Position numbers and translations under genes: made by a program
Assembly (NCBI GenBank): GCA_037441295.1
Contig: JBBISK010000003.1
Span: 1 to 33,695, forward strand
Direction: 5' to 3'
Origin: Candidatus Aminicenantes bacterium
Lineage (GTDB): Bacteria; Acidobacteriota; Aminicenantia; Aminicenantales; Saccharicenantaceae
Length of the DNA: 33,695 nt
Part shown: one piece after another, positions 1 through 8,239 of the stretch
Layout: the number at the start of each line of letters is the position of its first letter
Numbering within the stretch: position 1 is the first letter of the stretch
The notes under the pieces: model-generated
Seen by the model: the letters and a program-made list of their open reading frames with translations, nothing else
Told to the model about the DNA's origin: nothing
Database searches by the model: none

Positions 1-627
1 CTGTCTGAGCGCTTCGTCCGCGACATCCCTGGTGCGCTTGGCCTGGAGGACGCCGTAGTAGTCCTGCTTGACGGCGAAGACGGCCTGCTCGACCGCGGTA
101 TCGATGTCCGCGACGGAGGCGCTGTAATTCAGCTTCTGGATCCTGACCTGGGCCGGCGTCTTGCCGAAATCGAAGATGTTCTGGCTGAGACTGAGGCCCG
201 TCGAATAGGAATTGTAGGTCCCGGAAGTCCGGGTGACGCCGGACGAGGTCCGCGACCCGACGTAGGAGCGGCCGAGGCTCGAGCTCCACTCGAGCTGGGG
301 ATAATAGGCGGACTCGGCCTCTCTGACAAGGGCCCTGTCGGCCTCGGCGGTCGCCCGCGCGGCCATGAGAGCTGGGAGATGCTCGAGGGCAAGCTGGACG
401 CACCTGTCCAGACTGAGAATCTCCCCCCGCTTGACGACATCCTGAGCCCCGGCGGCGCTGACGGCGAGGAAGATGGACGCAACGAGCGGAGCCAGGGTGC
501 GGCTCCTTCTCTTATCGAGATCTTTCGGACGCTTTGAAGCTCGGATGGCCCACCTTCCTTTCTGCCAGGCAATTTCGCCGCTCGTCGGCCGGCGCGGCCG
601 CCCCGCGCCTTTCCGGTTCCAATTCAT
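1..627 (-). CDS. TolC-family outer membrane efflux protein, N-terminal part (3' end runs off the left window edge)
   Basis: This ORF is absent from the track because it has no stop in the window. Hand translation of the minus strand from the ATG at 627 stays open to base 1 (209 codons): MNWNRKG...KRRSRTLAPLVASIFLAVSAAGAQDVVKRGEILSLDRCVQLALEHLPAL...EAESAYYPQLEWSS...QNIFDFGKTPAQVRIQKLNYSASVADIDTAVEQAVFAVKQDYYGVLQAKR. It shows a signal-like hydrophobic stretch followed by a typical OMF/TolC N-terminal repeat pattern. The tracked ORF 129..572 (P/R/S-rich) is the wrong frame. The start is uncertain because about 45 residues precede the hydrophobic core. Confidence 0.72.
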   Translation of the reverse strand, partial: MNWNRKGAGRPRRPTSGEIAWQKGRWAIRASKRPKDLDKRRSRTLAPLVASIFLAVSAAGAQDVVKRGEILSLDRCVQLALEHLPALMAARATAEADRALVREAESAYYPQLEWSSSLGRSYVGSRTSSGVTRTSGTYNSYSTGLSLSQNIFDFGKTPAQVRIQKLNYSASVADIDTAVEQAVFAVKQDYYGVLQAKRTRDVADEALRQ

Positions 628-896
628 ATCAAGAAACATGCCAGTTTGAACGGAACTCTCTTCTCTGGGGGGCGGCGGTCTAAGCCATGGAGGGGCGCCG
701 GCGGAGGGGCGGTTTCTTTCCCGTCCTGCCCTAAGTGTTCTGAAAAAGAGGACACCCCATCCGGACCCTGGCCATGCAGCAGAACTTGAACTCAGTCTAA
801 AGCGCAACGGACGTCGGGTCAACGGTCGCGGACTGTCACGCGGCCATCCCGACCGCGGCCCGCCGCAGCGGCGTTCGAGAGGTCCCGCGCGGCCAA

Positions 897-2144
897 TCAG
901 TCCGGCTCACCCGTCTTTTCGGTTTCCTCGTCGAGGGCCATGACCTCGGCCTCGCCGAGGATGAACTCGCGCTCGATCCCCTTGAGACGCCGCAGGTCCT
1001 CGAGCTTCTGGAGCGGCCGCTCGAGCTTGTTCGTGCGGGTGGTGGAGAGCTTCTGGAACTCGTCCCGGGCGTCCTCGATCTTGCGGCCCATCCGGTCCAT
1101 CGAGTCGCGGAACTTCTCCCACTCCTTGTTGAACCCGCCCATCAGCCGGAGCATGTCGTTGGCGGCCTTGGCCGTGCTGAAGTTGTCCATGGCCTGGCGG
1201 ATGATGGCCAGGATGGCGAAGAGGGTGAACGGAGAGCAGAGGATGACCTTGCTGCGGAGGGCGTCGTCGATGAGGCCCGGGTCGTTCTGGTTGATGAAGG
1301 CGTAGACCTGCTCGTTGGGGATGAAGACGAGGACGTAGTCGAGCGTCTCGTCCTCGGGGTTGATGTAGTCCCGGCCCGTGACCTCCTTGATCCGGGCCCG
1401 GACGTCCTTCAGAAACTGGCCCTTCTGGACGTCCCGCTCCATGTCGTTCTCCGTCTCGAGGTAGCGGAGATAGCTGTTCATGGGGAACTTGACGTCCATG
1501 TTGAGCTTCCGGCCCTGCGGCAGCTGGAAGGTATAATCAGGGCGGGAGCCGGCCCCCTCGAGGGTCTTCTGTTTGAGGTAGTTGACGCCCTCGACGAAGC
1601 CGGCGAGCTGGAGGACGTCCTCGGCCATCCGCTCCCCCCACAGGCCGCGGGCCTTGGTGCTGACCAGGGCCTGGCGGAGATGGTTGGCCGTATCCTGGAG
1701 CTCGGCCGTCTGCTTGGCGGCCATCTGCAGATGGGCCGAGAGCTCGCCGTACTTCTGGACGCGGTCCCGCTCGAACGAGGCGACGAGCTCCTGCATCTTC
1801 CGCAGGTCGCCGCGCATGGCCTCGAGGGATTGGTCGATGAGCTGCTTCTTGCCCTCGAGCTCCTTCTCGCCGGACTGGGTGTGCTGACCCAGCTTCGACT
1901 CAGCCAGCTTCAGGAACTCCGCCGAGGTCGTCTTCAGGGCGTCGAAGGACATGGCGCCCAGGGAGTCCTTGACCCGGCCGAGGAAGACCTCGAGGTCCTT
2001 GAGCTTCTCGCTTTCGGTTTCGCTGACCAGCTCGCGGGCGATGTCGCGGGCCTCGCGCTTCTTGACGAGCTGGATGATGAGAACGACCGCGGCCCCGAAT
2101 ACGCCGCCGCCGATGAAGAGATAAACGCCCGTGAGTGCCGTCAT
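897..2144 (-). CDS. rmuC: DNA recombination protein RmuC (N-terminal TM helix, coiled coil, RmuC nuclease-like C-terminal domain)
   Basis: 415-aa ORF. It has an N-terminal hydrophobic helix (LTGVYLFIGGGVFGAAVVLII) and a long charged coiled-coil region. The C-terminal part (PDYTFQLPQGRKLNMDVKFPMNSY...LDYVLVFIPNEQVYAF...VILCSPFTLFAILAII) matches the RmuC family pattern. A GAGGAGG RBS lies upstream of the ATG. Confidence 0.88.
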   Translation of the reverse strand: MTALTGVYLFIGGGVFGAAVVLIIQLVKKREARDIARELVSETESEKLKDLEVFLGRVKDSLGAMSFDALKTTSAEFLKLAESKLGQHTQSGEKELEGKKQLIDQSLEAMRGDLRKMQELVASFERDRVQKYGELSAHLQMAAKQTAELQDTANHLRQALVSTKARGLWGERMAEDVLQLAGFVEGVNYLKQKTLEGAGSRPDYTFQLPQGRKLNMDVKFPMNSYLRYLETENDMERDVQKGQFLKDVRARIKEVTGRDYINPEDETLDYVLVFIPNEQVYAFINQNDPGLIDDALRSKVILCSPFTLFAILAIIRQAMDNFSTAKAANDMLRLMGGFNKEWEKFRDSMDRMGRKIEDARDEFQKLSTTRTNKLERPLQKLEDLRRLKGIEREFILGEAEVMALDEETEKTGEPD

Positions 2145-2174
2145 CGTCCGCCTCCTCTGTTGGCCGCCGGCGGC

Positions 2175-2552
2175 CTAGTCGATATCGTCGTCCCCGCCCG
2201 TTTCGGCGCCGCCGCCGTCGGCGCCGCCCCCCGGGCCCATCTCCTCGACGGCCCGGTCGACCTCGGCATCGAAGTCCTCGCCCGCTTCCTCGCCCATCTC
2301 CTTGCCCATCTTCTTCATCCAGCGTGCGACGCTCTTCGGGTCGTTCTCGTCGAGCCCGCCGAGGGACGAGGGGTCGGCCAGGCTTTCGAGACGGCTCTCT
2401 TCCGAGCGCAGGAAGGCGACGCGGGAGACGAGCTTGACGAGGTTCGAACCGCCGCAGTGGCGGCACTTCGGCTCGACCGCGGTCCTCACGGACAGGGTCA
2501 GGACTTGGGTCTTGCGGCCGCAGTCCGCGCAGCGGTACTCGTAGATGGGCAT
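2175..2552 (-). CDS. FmdB-family zinc-ribbon protein (CxxC...CxxC) with acidic Gly/Asp-rich tail
   Basis: The N-terminus MPIYEYRCADCGRKTQVL...EPKCRHCGGSNLVKLVS is the canonical FmdB/CxxC_CxxC_SSSS motif. The start codon directly abuts the stop of the upstream DUF362 gene (2553). Confidence 0.8.
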   Translation of the reverse strand: MPIYEYRCADCGRKTQVLTLSVRTAVEPKCRHCGGSNLVKLVSRVAFLRSEESRLESLADPSSLGGLDENDPKSVARWMKKMGKEMGEEAGEDFDAEVDRAVEEMGPGGGADGGGAETGGDDDID

Positions 2553-3443
2553 CTAGACCAGGGCCCCTTCACGCCAACCGAGCCTGACGAGCTCGATCCG
2601 GTCCTCGGCGCTCACGCCGAGATGGTGACGCGTGTCGGCCAGGAAGATGTGGTGCGGCGTCATCGGCAGGGGCCGGTCCTCGCCAAAGTGCTCGCGGCGC
2701 TTGGCCAGCAGGACGCGCAGCCCCGTCGCGTCGGCGGCCACCGGGTCCCGGCTGACGATCAGGCCCCGGTAGGGCCAGGTGAATTCCCTGCTGTAGCTGC
2801 TGGGCCCGATGCCGTGGAAGAGCGGCGTCAGCATGACGAGGATATTGAGCCGCGTCTTGCCCTTGACGTGGGGAAGGTTCCAGATCGCCGCCAGGTCGGC
2901 GCACGTGTCGCCGTGGTAATCCGAGGGCCTGGGCACGAACTGGATGTAATTCTTGATGCAGCTCCCCATGCCCGCCCAGTGGTGCGTCCGGGCCGGCCGG
3001 GCGTTGATGAGGGTCGTCGCGTTCTGGAAGATCGGATTGCGGAGGACGCCGCGGTCGTCGATCGACAGCTTCGCTTCGGGCACGCCCGCGCTCATGACGC
3101 CGCGCTTGATGGCCTGTTCGACCGCGGACGTGGTCGGCAGCTTGTCCCAGACGTTGGTCTTGATGCCGACGACGTCGTCGGGCCGGACGATCCTCTTCCA
3201 AGCCGCGGCGGCGTCCGTCTCGCCGACCAGGGCCGAGACGGCTTCGTCGAGGATCCGGCCGATGACCTCGCCGTCGGGCCGGCCCGAGGCGTCGAGCGCG
3301 GCCGGGTCGCGGACGAGGACGACGCGAACCTTCGGCCCGGCCCCCGCCTGCCCGGCCCTGAGGCCCGGGATGAGCGCGCCCGCCAGCGGGGCGACCGAGG
3401 CGACCTTGAGGAAGTCCCTGCGGGTGAAGGCCTTTGCGCTCAT
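2553..3443 (-). CDS. DUF362 domain protein with twin-arginine (Tat) signal peptide
   Basis: The N-terminus MSAKAFTRRDFLKVASVAPLAGALIPG is a textbook Tat motif (S/T-RRxFLK plus h-region). The body (VVGIKTNVW...INARPARTHHWAGMGSCIKNY...GDTCADL...LNILVMLTP) resembles DUF362 family proteins. No ferredoxin-type CxxCxxCxxxC motif is present. Confidence 0.75.
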   Translation of the reverse strand: MSAKAFTRRDFLKVASVAPLAGALIPGLRAGQAGAGPKVRVVLVRDPAALDASGRPDGEVIGRILDEAVSALVGETDAAAAWKRIVRPDDVVGIKTNVWDKLPTTSAVEQAIKRGVMSAGVPEAKLSIDDRGVLRNPIFQNATTLINARPARTHHWAGMGSCIKNYIQFVPRPSDYHGDTCADLAAIWNLPHVKGKTRLNILVMLTPLFHGIGPSSYSREFTWPYRGLIVSRDPVAADATGLRVLLAKRREHFGEDRPLPMTPHHIFLADTRHHLGVSAEDRIELVRLGWREGALV

Positions 3444-3470
3444 CGTTCGCTCCTCTGCATCTCGGTTCCG

Positions 3471-4397
3471 TTATTTCCGGACCGGTCCCGCGGCCGCCAT
3501 CAGCTCCTGGACCGCCGCGAGCTGGGTCATGGCGAACTCGTCCGAGTCGGCGTTGAAGACGACGATGACGACGTCCCCGGCCCGGGCCGAGGCCGTCCAC
3601 TTCTTGTCCTCGGTCCGGACGAGGCCGGGCTTCTTGGCGTCCGGCATGTAGTTCTTGCCGAAGGACTCGTAGGCCCGGGCCGCCTGGGCCTCGTCAGGGT
3701 ACGCGACGACAAGGAGCTTGCTCTCGCCGCCGGCCGTCTTGTAGGACGCCAGGACGGCCGCGGCCTTCCCCCCGAGGAGGAGGATGTCGGTGTCGGCGAC
3801 GAAGAAGTGGTAGTTGAGGATGGAATAGTTATGGAAATAGCAGACGCGCCCGGCCTCGAGGCCCTCGGGCGGAAGATAGGACAGGAGCTTCGGCGCCGGC
3901 CCGTTCTTGGGAATGGCGGCGGCGATCCTCTGGCCCAGGTCGAGGACGGCGGGTTTCGAGTCCTTCGTCTCCTCCTCGGTCTGGACCGAGACGAAGTAGT
4001 TGTCCTTCCAGAACGAGAGGAGCCCGGCCTTGTAGTTCGAGCCCTGGCCGGTCCCGGCGTCCTCGCCGTCGAGGTCGTGGGTGAAGACGCCGAAGGCGTC
4101 GTCCGGCGAGCCCATGTCGAAGAGGTCGACGACGATGTCGGGCCGGCCGTCCTTGTGGAAGCGGCGCGAGACGAGGAGCTTCATGTTATAGGAGCGGTAA
4201 ACCTCGCCGGCGCCGTCGAGGTACTGGAAGATCGTCTCGGCGTCGTAGACGCGGTCGGCCTCGGACAGCCAAGGGCCGGCGGTCCGGGGAATGAACGAAG
4301 CCAGGCGCGCCGCGCCGGAACTCCTTTGGGCGGTCAACAAGCCGGCACCTCCAGCGAAAAGGACCGCGAGCGCGATAAGGACGGACGCCCTTTTCAT
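3471..4397 (-). CDS. Exported hypothetical protein (Sec signal peptide), function unknown
   Basis: I trimmed tracked ORF 3471..4433 to the ATG at 4397, giving MKRASVLIALAVLFAGGAGLLTAQRS, a classic n/h/c signal peptide. The TTG at 4433 is an alternative start. Codon usage is like the neighbouring genes. I recognise no catalytic motif. Confidence 0.65.
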   Translation of the reverse strand: MKRASVLIALAVLFAGGAGLLTAQRSSGAARLASFIPRTAGPWLSEADRVYDAETIFQYLDGAGEVYRSYNMKLLVSRRFHKDGRPDIVVDLFDMGSPDDAFGVFTHDLDGEDAGTGQGSNYKAGLLSFWKDNYFVSVQTEEETKDSKPAVLDLGQRIAAAIPKNGPAPKLLSYLPPEGLEAGRVCYFHNYSILNYHFFVADTDILLLGGKAAAVLASYKTAGGESKLLVVAYPDEAQAARAYESFGKNYMPDAKKPGLVRTEDKKWTASARAGDVVIVVFNADSDEFAMTQLAAVQELMAAAGPVRK

Positions 4398-4454
4398 TAG
4401 AAGGATTCTACCACGCACCCCCCGGGGTAGCAAGACGGGCCTGAAGCGACGGCC

Positions 4455-5210
4455 TTAAGAGGCGCGGGCGATCCGGTCGCGGATCTTAGCCCAGGTCGGC
4501 GTCGTCAGGAAGCTCTCCTCCATGTTCCCGGCCATGCGGACGAACTTCTGCCAGGGCGCGGCGAAGGTGATCCGGTCCGGCTCGACGTAGGGCCGGGCCG
4601 AGGGGTCGAACATGCCGATGACGCAACGGGGCGACGGGGAGCTCCGCTCGAGGTAAGGATACTCGACGACCGAGCCGCAGCCCGCCGAGAAGGGGGCGAT
4701 GACGCCGCTCGACTCGGCTTCGTCGAAGCTGGACAGGGTGAAGAGCCCGGCCAGGACGTCCGGGGTGGCGAAAAAAACGACGGCGTCCGGCGCCTCCGCC
4801 GGCTCGAGGAGGTCCCAGCGCTTGAAGACGATGGAGGCGGCCGGGGCCTTGAAGACCGGGGCGCGGGCCAGGAGCTCCCGGACGAGCTCGGGCGATTTCT
4901 TGTAGCGCTCGCCCTCCATCTTCCCGGGGATGCCGCAGGAGAGGAAGTGCTCGAAGCCGGGCTGCAGGGCCTGCGAGAAGCCGGTGTATCTCCTCCCGCC
5001 CGGGCAGCCGATCGAGCCGGCGTCGAAGCGGAGCGCCTCCCCCTTCCGGACCCGGGGGAGATTGGCGACGAGGCAGCGGTTCGAGGCGTCGGCCGCGACG
5101 CGCCGTCCGCCCGTTTCGCTGTCGGTGTAATAAAAGACCATGGGCAGCTCGGCCATGGCGAAATACTTCCGCCAAAGCTCCTCGAATGTCCTTTTCAGAT
5201 CCATGTCCAT
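4455..5210 (-). CDS. DUF169 family protein (COG2043-like), function unknown
   Basis: 251 aa. The pattern ...FYYTD...CLVANL...GEALRFDAGSIGCPGGRRYTGF...VVFFATPDVLAGLFTL...APFSAGCGS... is typical of DUF169. I moved the start from the GTG at 5219 to the ATG at 5210, because an AAGGAG RBS (5219..5224 on the minus strand) sits 8 nt upstream of that ATG and overlaps the GTG. Confidence 0.78.
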   Translation of the reverse strand: MDMDLKRTFEELWRKYFAMAELPMVFYYTDSETGGRRVAADASNRCLVANLPRVRKGEALRFDAGSIGCPGGRRYTGFSQALQPGFEHFLSCGIPGKMEGERYKKSPELVRELLARAPVFKAPAASIVFKRWDLLEPAEAPDAVVFFATPDVLAGLFTLSSFDEAESSGVIAPFSAGCGSVVEYPYLERSSPSPRCVIGMFDPSARPYVEPDRITFAAPWQKFVRMAGNMEESFLTTPTWAKIRDRIARAS

Positions 5211-5300
5211 TCGCGTCACTCCTTCATCAGACCCGGTCCCCTACCCCGCGGCTTCCTCCCGGGTCCCACCGCCCTGGAGCGGCCCGGGCACAGGGCTCCG

Positions 5301-7643
5301 CTATCTCGACGCCCCGAGCTCGTGCCCGACGTAGGAGCGCAGGAAGCGGACAGCCTCGTCGGCCCGCCGGAAGACGGGCAGGCCCTGGCTCTCGAGGTGC
5401 ATGGCGAGCGGCGTGTAGAGCTCGCCGGCGTCGATGCAGACGATAAGCGGCTTGTCGGTCGACCGGAAGAGCTCGACCGTCCGGCCGGCGAAACAGCCCG
5501 GACGCAGGAAGTCCTCGCCGTGGCCCTCGCCGGCGGCGAGCGTCTGCTGGGCCGGCGTCATCGGGACGTTGGAGACGACGGCGCAGTCGACGCCCGGGTC
5601 GTCGACGACGGCCCGGGCGCAGTCCGAGAAGACGGCGTCGTCGGCGACCGGCGTCACGTCGAGCGGGTTATGGACGTCTTGGAGCCGGTCGATGCCCAGG
5701 GGCGCCAGGGCCGCAACGATCCGCCGCTCGGTTTCGGGCGTGAACCGGGCGAGCTCGAGCCCCGCCCCGTCCTTGAGGTTGTCGGCCAGGACGACGCATT
5801 CGAAGCCGGCGTTGCTGATGAGCCCGGCGCGGCGGCCGCGGACCTTCTTCCCTTCGAGGAAGACGAGGGCTTTCATATAGGTTTCGAAATCGAACAGGTC
5901 GGCGGCAACGACGGCCCCGGCCTGTTCGAGGACCGAGCGGAAGACATGATAGTCCCCGGCGACCGAGGCGGTGTGGCTCGAGGTCGCGGCCCGGCCTTCG
6001 GGGCTGCGGCCGGCCTTGTAGACGAGGACCCGGCGGCCCGAGGCCGTCATCTCGCGGACGGCCCGGGCGAAGGCCAGGCCGTCTCCCGGCCTGAAGCCCT
6101 CCATGTAGACGGCGACCGAACGGACGTCCGGGTCACCCTTGAGGTACTCCATGTAGTCCGAGGCGGTCAGGTCGATCTGGTTGCCGAGCGAGACGGCGTA
6201 AACCGGCCGGATCATGGGCAGCTTGCTCATCCGGCAGATCATGAAGGCGCCGCTTTGGCTGACCACGGCCAGGCCCGAGGCCGGTCCCTTCGGCCGCGGC
6301 AGCTTGTGGTCGGGGATGAACGTCGTGTCGTAGCGGCCGGGCGCCGAGGCGATCCCCAGGCAGTTGCCGCCGTTGACGACGGGTGTCGCGCGTCCCCCGG
6401 CCCGGCTGGCGGCGAGGAGGCCGCGGATCTCGTCCTCGATCGACGCCCCGCCGGACTTCTCGCCCATGCCGCCGGCGATGATGATGACCGAGCGGGCCTT
6501 GCCGTAAGCGACCAGGTCCTTCATGACCGGGACGCACTGGTCGGCGCCGAGGGTCAGGACGAAGAGGTCGACCGTCTCCGGCATGTCCGCGACCGACGGG
6601 ACACAGCGGCAGCCCTCGATTCTCTCGAGCCCCGGCTTGGCGACGAAGACCCGCTCCGGGGGAAAGCCGTTCCTGAGGACGTTCCGAAGGATGAGGTGGC
6701 CGATGTTCATCTTCTCCGAGACGCCGATGATGCCGATGGAAGCCGGTCGGAGAACGCGACGGATGTCCTCGGCAAGGCGGTGGGCCGCCGCCCGCTTGTC
6801 CCGTGAGAAACGGCAGACGCCGTCGAGGGGCACGAGCCGGCCCGTGGCGACGACGAACGGGTTGACCTCGGCCTCCTCGATGACGAAGGGCGAAGTCGTC
6901 CCGAACGGCGAGAAGGCCGCGGCCAGGTCCCGGAAGCGGAGGAACGCCGCCGCGAGCGAGCGGGGCGCGACGAGCGGCTTGCGGCCGCGGAACTCCGCGG
7001 CGAGCTTGCCGAAGAAGGCCAGTGGTTCGAGCAGGCCGGGGACGGCCGCGTCCTCGACGAGCGCGGCCGAGCTCGTCAGCACGGCCTGCCCCTCCTTGAG
7101 CCGCTCGTTCATGTATTCGACGTCAAGGCCGCCGCCGCCCATGGTCAAGACGGGGCCGAACTCGCGCGTGTTGCGGACGCCGAGGAGGAGCTCGGAGCCG
7201 AAGCCGACGTCCTCGAAGCGGACCCTTTCCATGACTAGGAAGCCGCGGACCGAGGCCCGGACGGCCCGGAGGTCGGGGGCCGGACCGCCGCCGGCCTGCC
7301 GCGTCCCGGCCTCCCAGCGCAGGTAGCGCAGGGGGACGGTCCGGAGCATGCGGGCGCAAGCCCGGTTGACCGAGGCCGCGTCCGCCTTGACGAACTCGAC
7401 GCCCCCGACATCGGACTTGTGCTGGATGAGCGGCGAGACGACCTTGACCACGACCTTGTCCGTGCCCAGGGTCGAGACCTGCGCTCGCGTGACCTTCGCG
7501 CCGGCGGCGGCGAAGAGGAAGCGCGGCGGGACGATGCCCGCTTGCCGGAGGACCTCGTAGACCTCGGGCTCGAGGAGGAACGAGCGGCCGTCGCGCTCGG
7601 CGGCCTCGAAGATGCGGTCGATGCGGCGGAAATTCGTCTTCAT
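5301..7643 (-). CDS. ADP-forming acyl-CoA synthetase (acetate--CoA ligase [ADP-forming] family), fused ATP-grasp + CoA-binding/ligase domains
   Basis: Tracked ORF 5301..8765 is an artefact that reads through iorB/iorA out of frame. The real start is the ATG at 7643 (MKTNFRRIDRIFEAA...), 780 aa. The N-terminal half has the ATP-grasp pattern (VVVKVVSPLIQHKSDVGGVEF). The C-terminal half has a CoA-binding Rossmann fold (SIGIIGVSEK) and the phosphohistidine loop (ATSSHTASVAGD). Confidence 0.85.
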   Translation of the reverse strand: MKTNFRRIDRIFEAAERDGRSFLLEPEVYEVLRQAGIVPPRFLFAAAGAKVTRAQVSTLGTDKVVVKVVSPLIQHKSDVGGVEFVKADAASVNRACARMLRTVPLRYLRWEAGTRQAGGGPAPDLRAVRASVRGFLVMERVRFEDVGFGSELLLGVRNTREFGPVLTMGGGGLDVEYMNERLKEGQAVLTSSAALVEDAAVPGLLEPLAFFGKLAAEFRGRKPLVAPRSLAAAFLRFRDLAAAFSPFGTTSPFVIEEAEVNPFVVATGRLVPLDGVCRFSRDKRAAAHRLAEDIRRVLRPASIGIIGVSEKMNIGHLILRNVLRNGFPPERVFVAKPGLERIEGCRCVPSVADMPETVDLFVLTLGADQCVPVMKDLVAYGKARSVIIIAGGMGEKSGGASIEDEIRGLLAASRAGGRATPVVNGGNCLGIASAPGRYDTTFIPDHKLPRPKGPASGLAVVSQSGAFMICRMSKLPMIRPVYAVSLGNQIDLTASDYMEYLKGDPDVRSVAVYMEGFRPGDGLAFARAVREMTASGRRVLVYKAGRSPEGRAATSSHTASVAGDYHVFRSVLEQAGAVVAADLFDFETYMKALVFLEGKKVRGRRAGLISNAGFECVVLADNLKDGAGLELARFTPETERRIVAALAPLGIDRLQDVHNPLDVTPVADDAVFSDCARAVVDDPGVDCAVVSNVPMTPAQQTLAAGEGHGEDFLRPGCFAGRTVELFRSTDKPLIVCIDAGELYTPLAMHLESQGLPVFRRADEAVRFLRSYVGHELGASR

Positions 7644-7657
7644 GTCGGCCCCCGCGG

Positions 7658-8236
7658 TCAGGCGGCCCCCGCCGCCCCGCGGCCGAGGTCGAAGGCCTTG
7701 AGGTTGGCCTCGACGACGGCGGCGCCGCGCGGCTTGAACAGCGTCTCGAGGAGGCTCCGCAGGCTTTCCTCCTTGAGGATGAGGAAGCGCGAGGCGGCCC
7801 CGAGCATGACGATGTTCTGGGCCTTCGCCGTGCCGGCCTCCTTGGCCAGCTTCTCGGAATCGACGACGACGCTCCGGCCGGCCTTGGCTACCTCGCCGAG
7901 GACCCGGTCGAGGTCGGGGTAGTCGGCGATATTCTTGTAGGGCGTCGAGCTCGTGACGACGATGCCGTCGAGCCGCAGCTGGTCGACGTATCGCAGGGCT
8001 TCGAGCGGCTCGACGCTGAGGATCATGTCGGCCTCGCCCCTGGGGATGAGGTCGCTCCAGATGCGCTCGCTCGAGAGACGGAGGTGGGACTGGACGGCGC
8101 CGCCGCGCTGGGCCATGCCGTGGACCTCGGCCTGCTTGAACTGGAGGCCGTCGGCCAGGGCCGCGTTGTCGATGACAAAGGCGATGGACAGGATCCCCTG
8201 GCCGCCGACGCCCGCGAGTATAATGTCCTGCTTCAT
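7658..8236 (-). CDS. iorB: Indolepyruvate:ferredoxin oxidoreductase, beta subunit
   Basis: 192 aa. MKQDIILAGVGGQGILS...EVHGMAQRGGAV.SHLR is the gamma-domain signature of 2-oxoacid:Fd oxidoreductases, typical of IorB. It lies 3 nt downstream of iorA. Confidence 0.88.
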   Translation of the reverse strand: MKQDIILAGVGGQGILSIAFVIDNAALADGLQFKQAEVHGMAQRGGAVQSHLRLSSERIWSDLIPRGEADMILSVEPLEALRYVDQLRLDGIVVTSSTPYKNIADYPDLDRVLGEVAKAGRSVVVDSEKLAKEAGTAKAQNIVMLGAASRFLILKEESLRSLLETLFKPRGAAVVEANLKAFDLGRGAAGAA

Positions 8237-8239
8237 GGC

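Noticed and set aside
129-572. 147-aa minus-strand ORF in the track
   Set aside because: It is a P/S/R-rich wrong frame. A different minus-strand frame, open to the window edge, encodes a convincing TolC-family N-terminus.
628-644. Sigma-54-like motif on the minus strand (CTGGCATGTTTCTTGAT) just upstream of the partial TolC gene
   Set aside because: The -12 element is TTGA rather than TTGC. The motif abuts the only canonical start codon (ATG at 627), so the implied TSS would fall inside the ORF. No enhancer-binding-protein gene is in view. This is probably chance.
2441-2457. GGTTCGAACC, resembling a tRNA T-loop
   Set aside because: It lies inside the FmdB coding sequence. No complementary T-stem, acceptor stem or anticodon arm can be drawn. 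I found no tRNA anywhere in the window.
1680-4400. 906-aa plus-strand ORF, together with similar long ORFs at 4947..6806 (+), 8084..9067 (+), 11262..12608 (+), 14923..16401 (+), 19647..21680 (-), 25082..26263 (+), 26400..27539 (+), 27803..28915 (+), 28588..30270 (+) and 31647..33308 (+)
   Set aside because: All lie antisense to genes with clear family signatures. Their translations are low-complexity and rich in R/G/D/E/A/L/P with no recognisable motifs. This is the expected stop-codon-poor antisense frame of a high-GC genome, not coding sequence.
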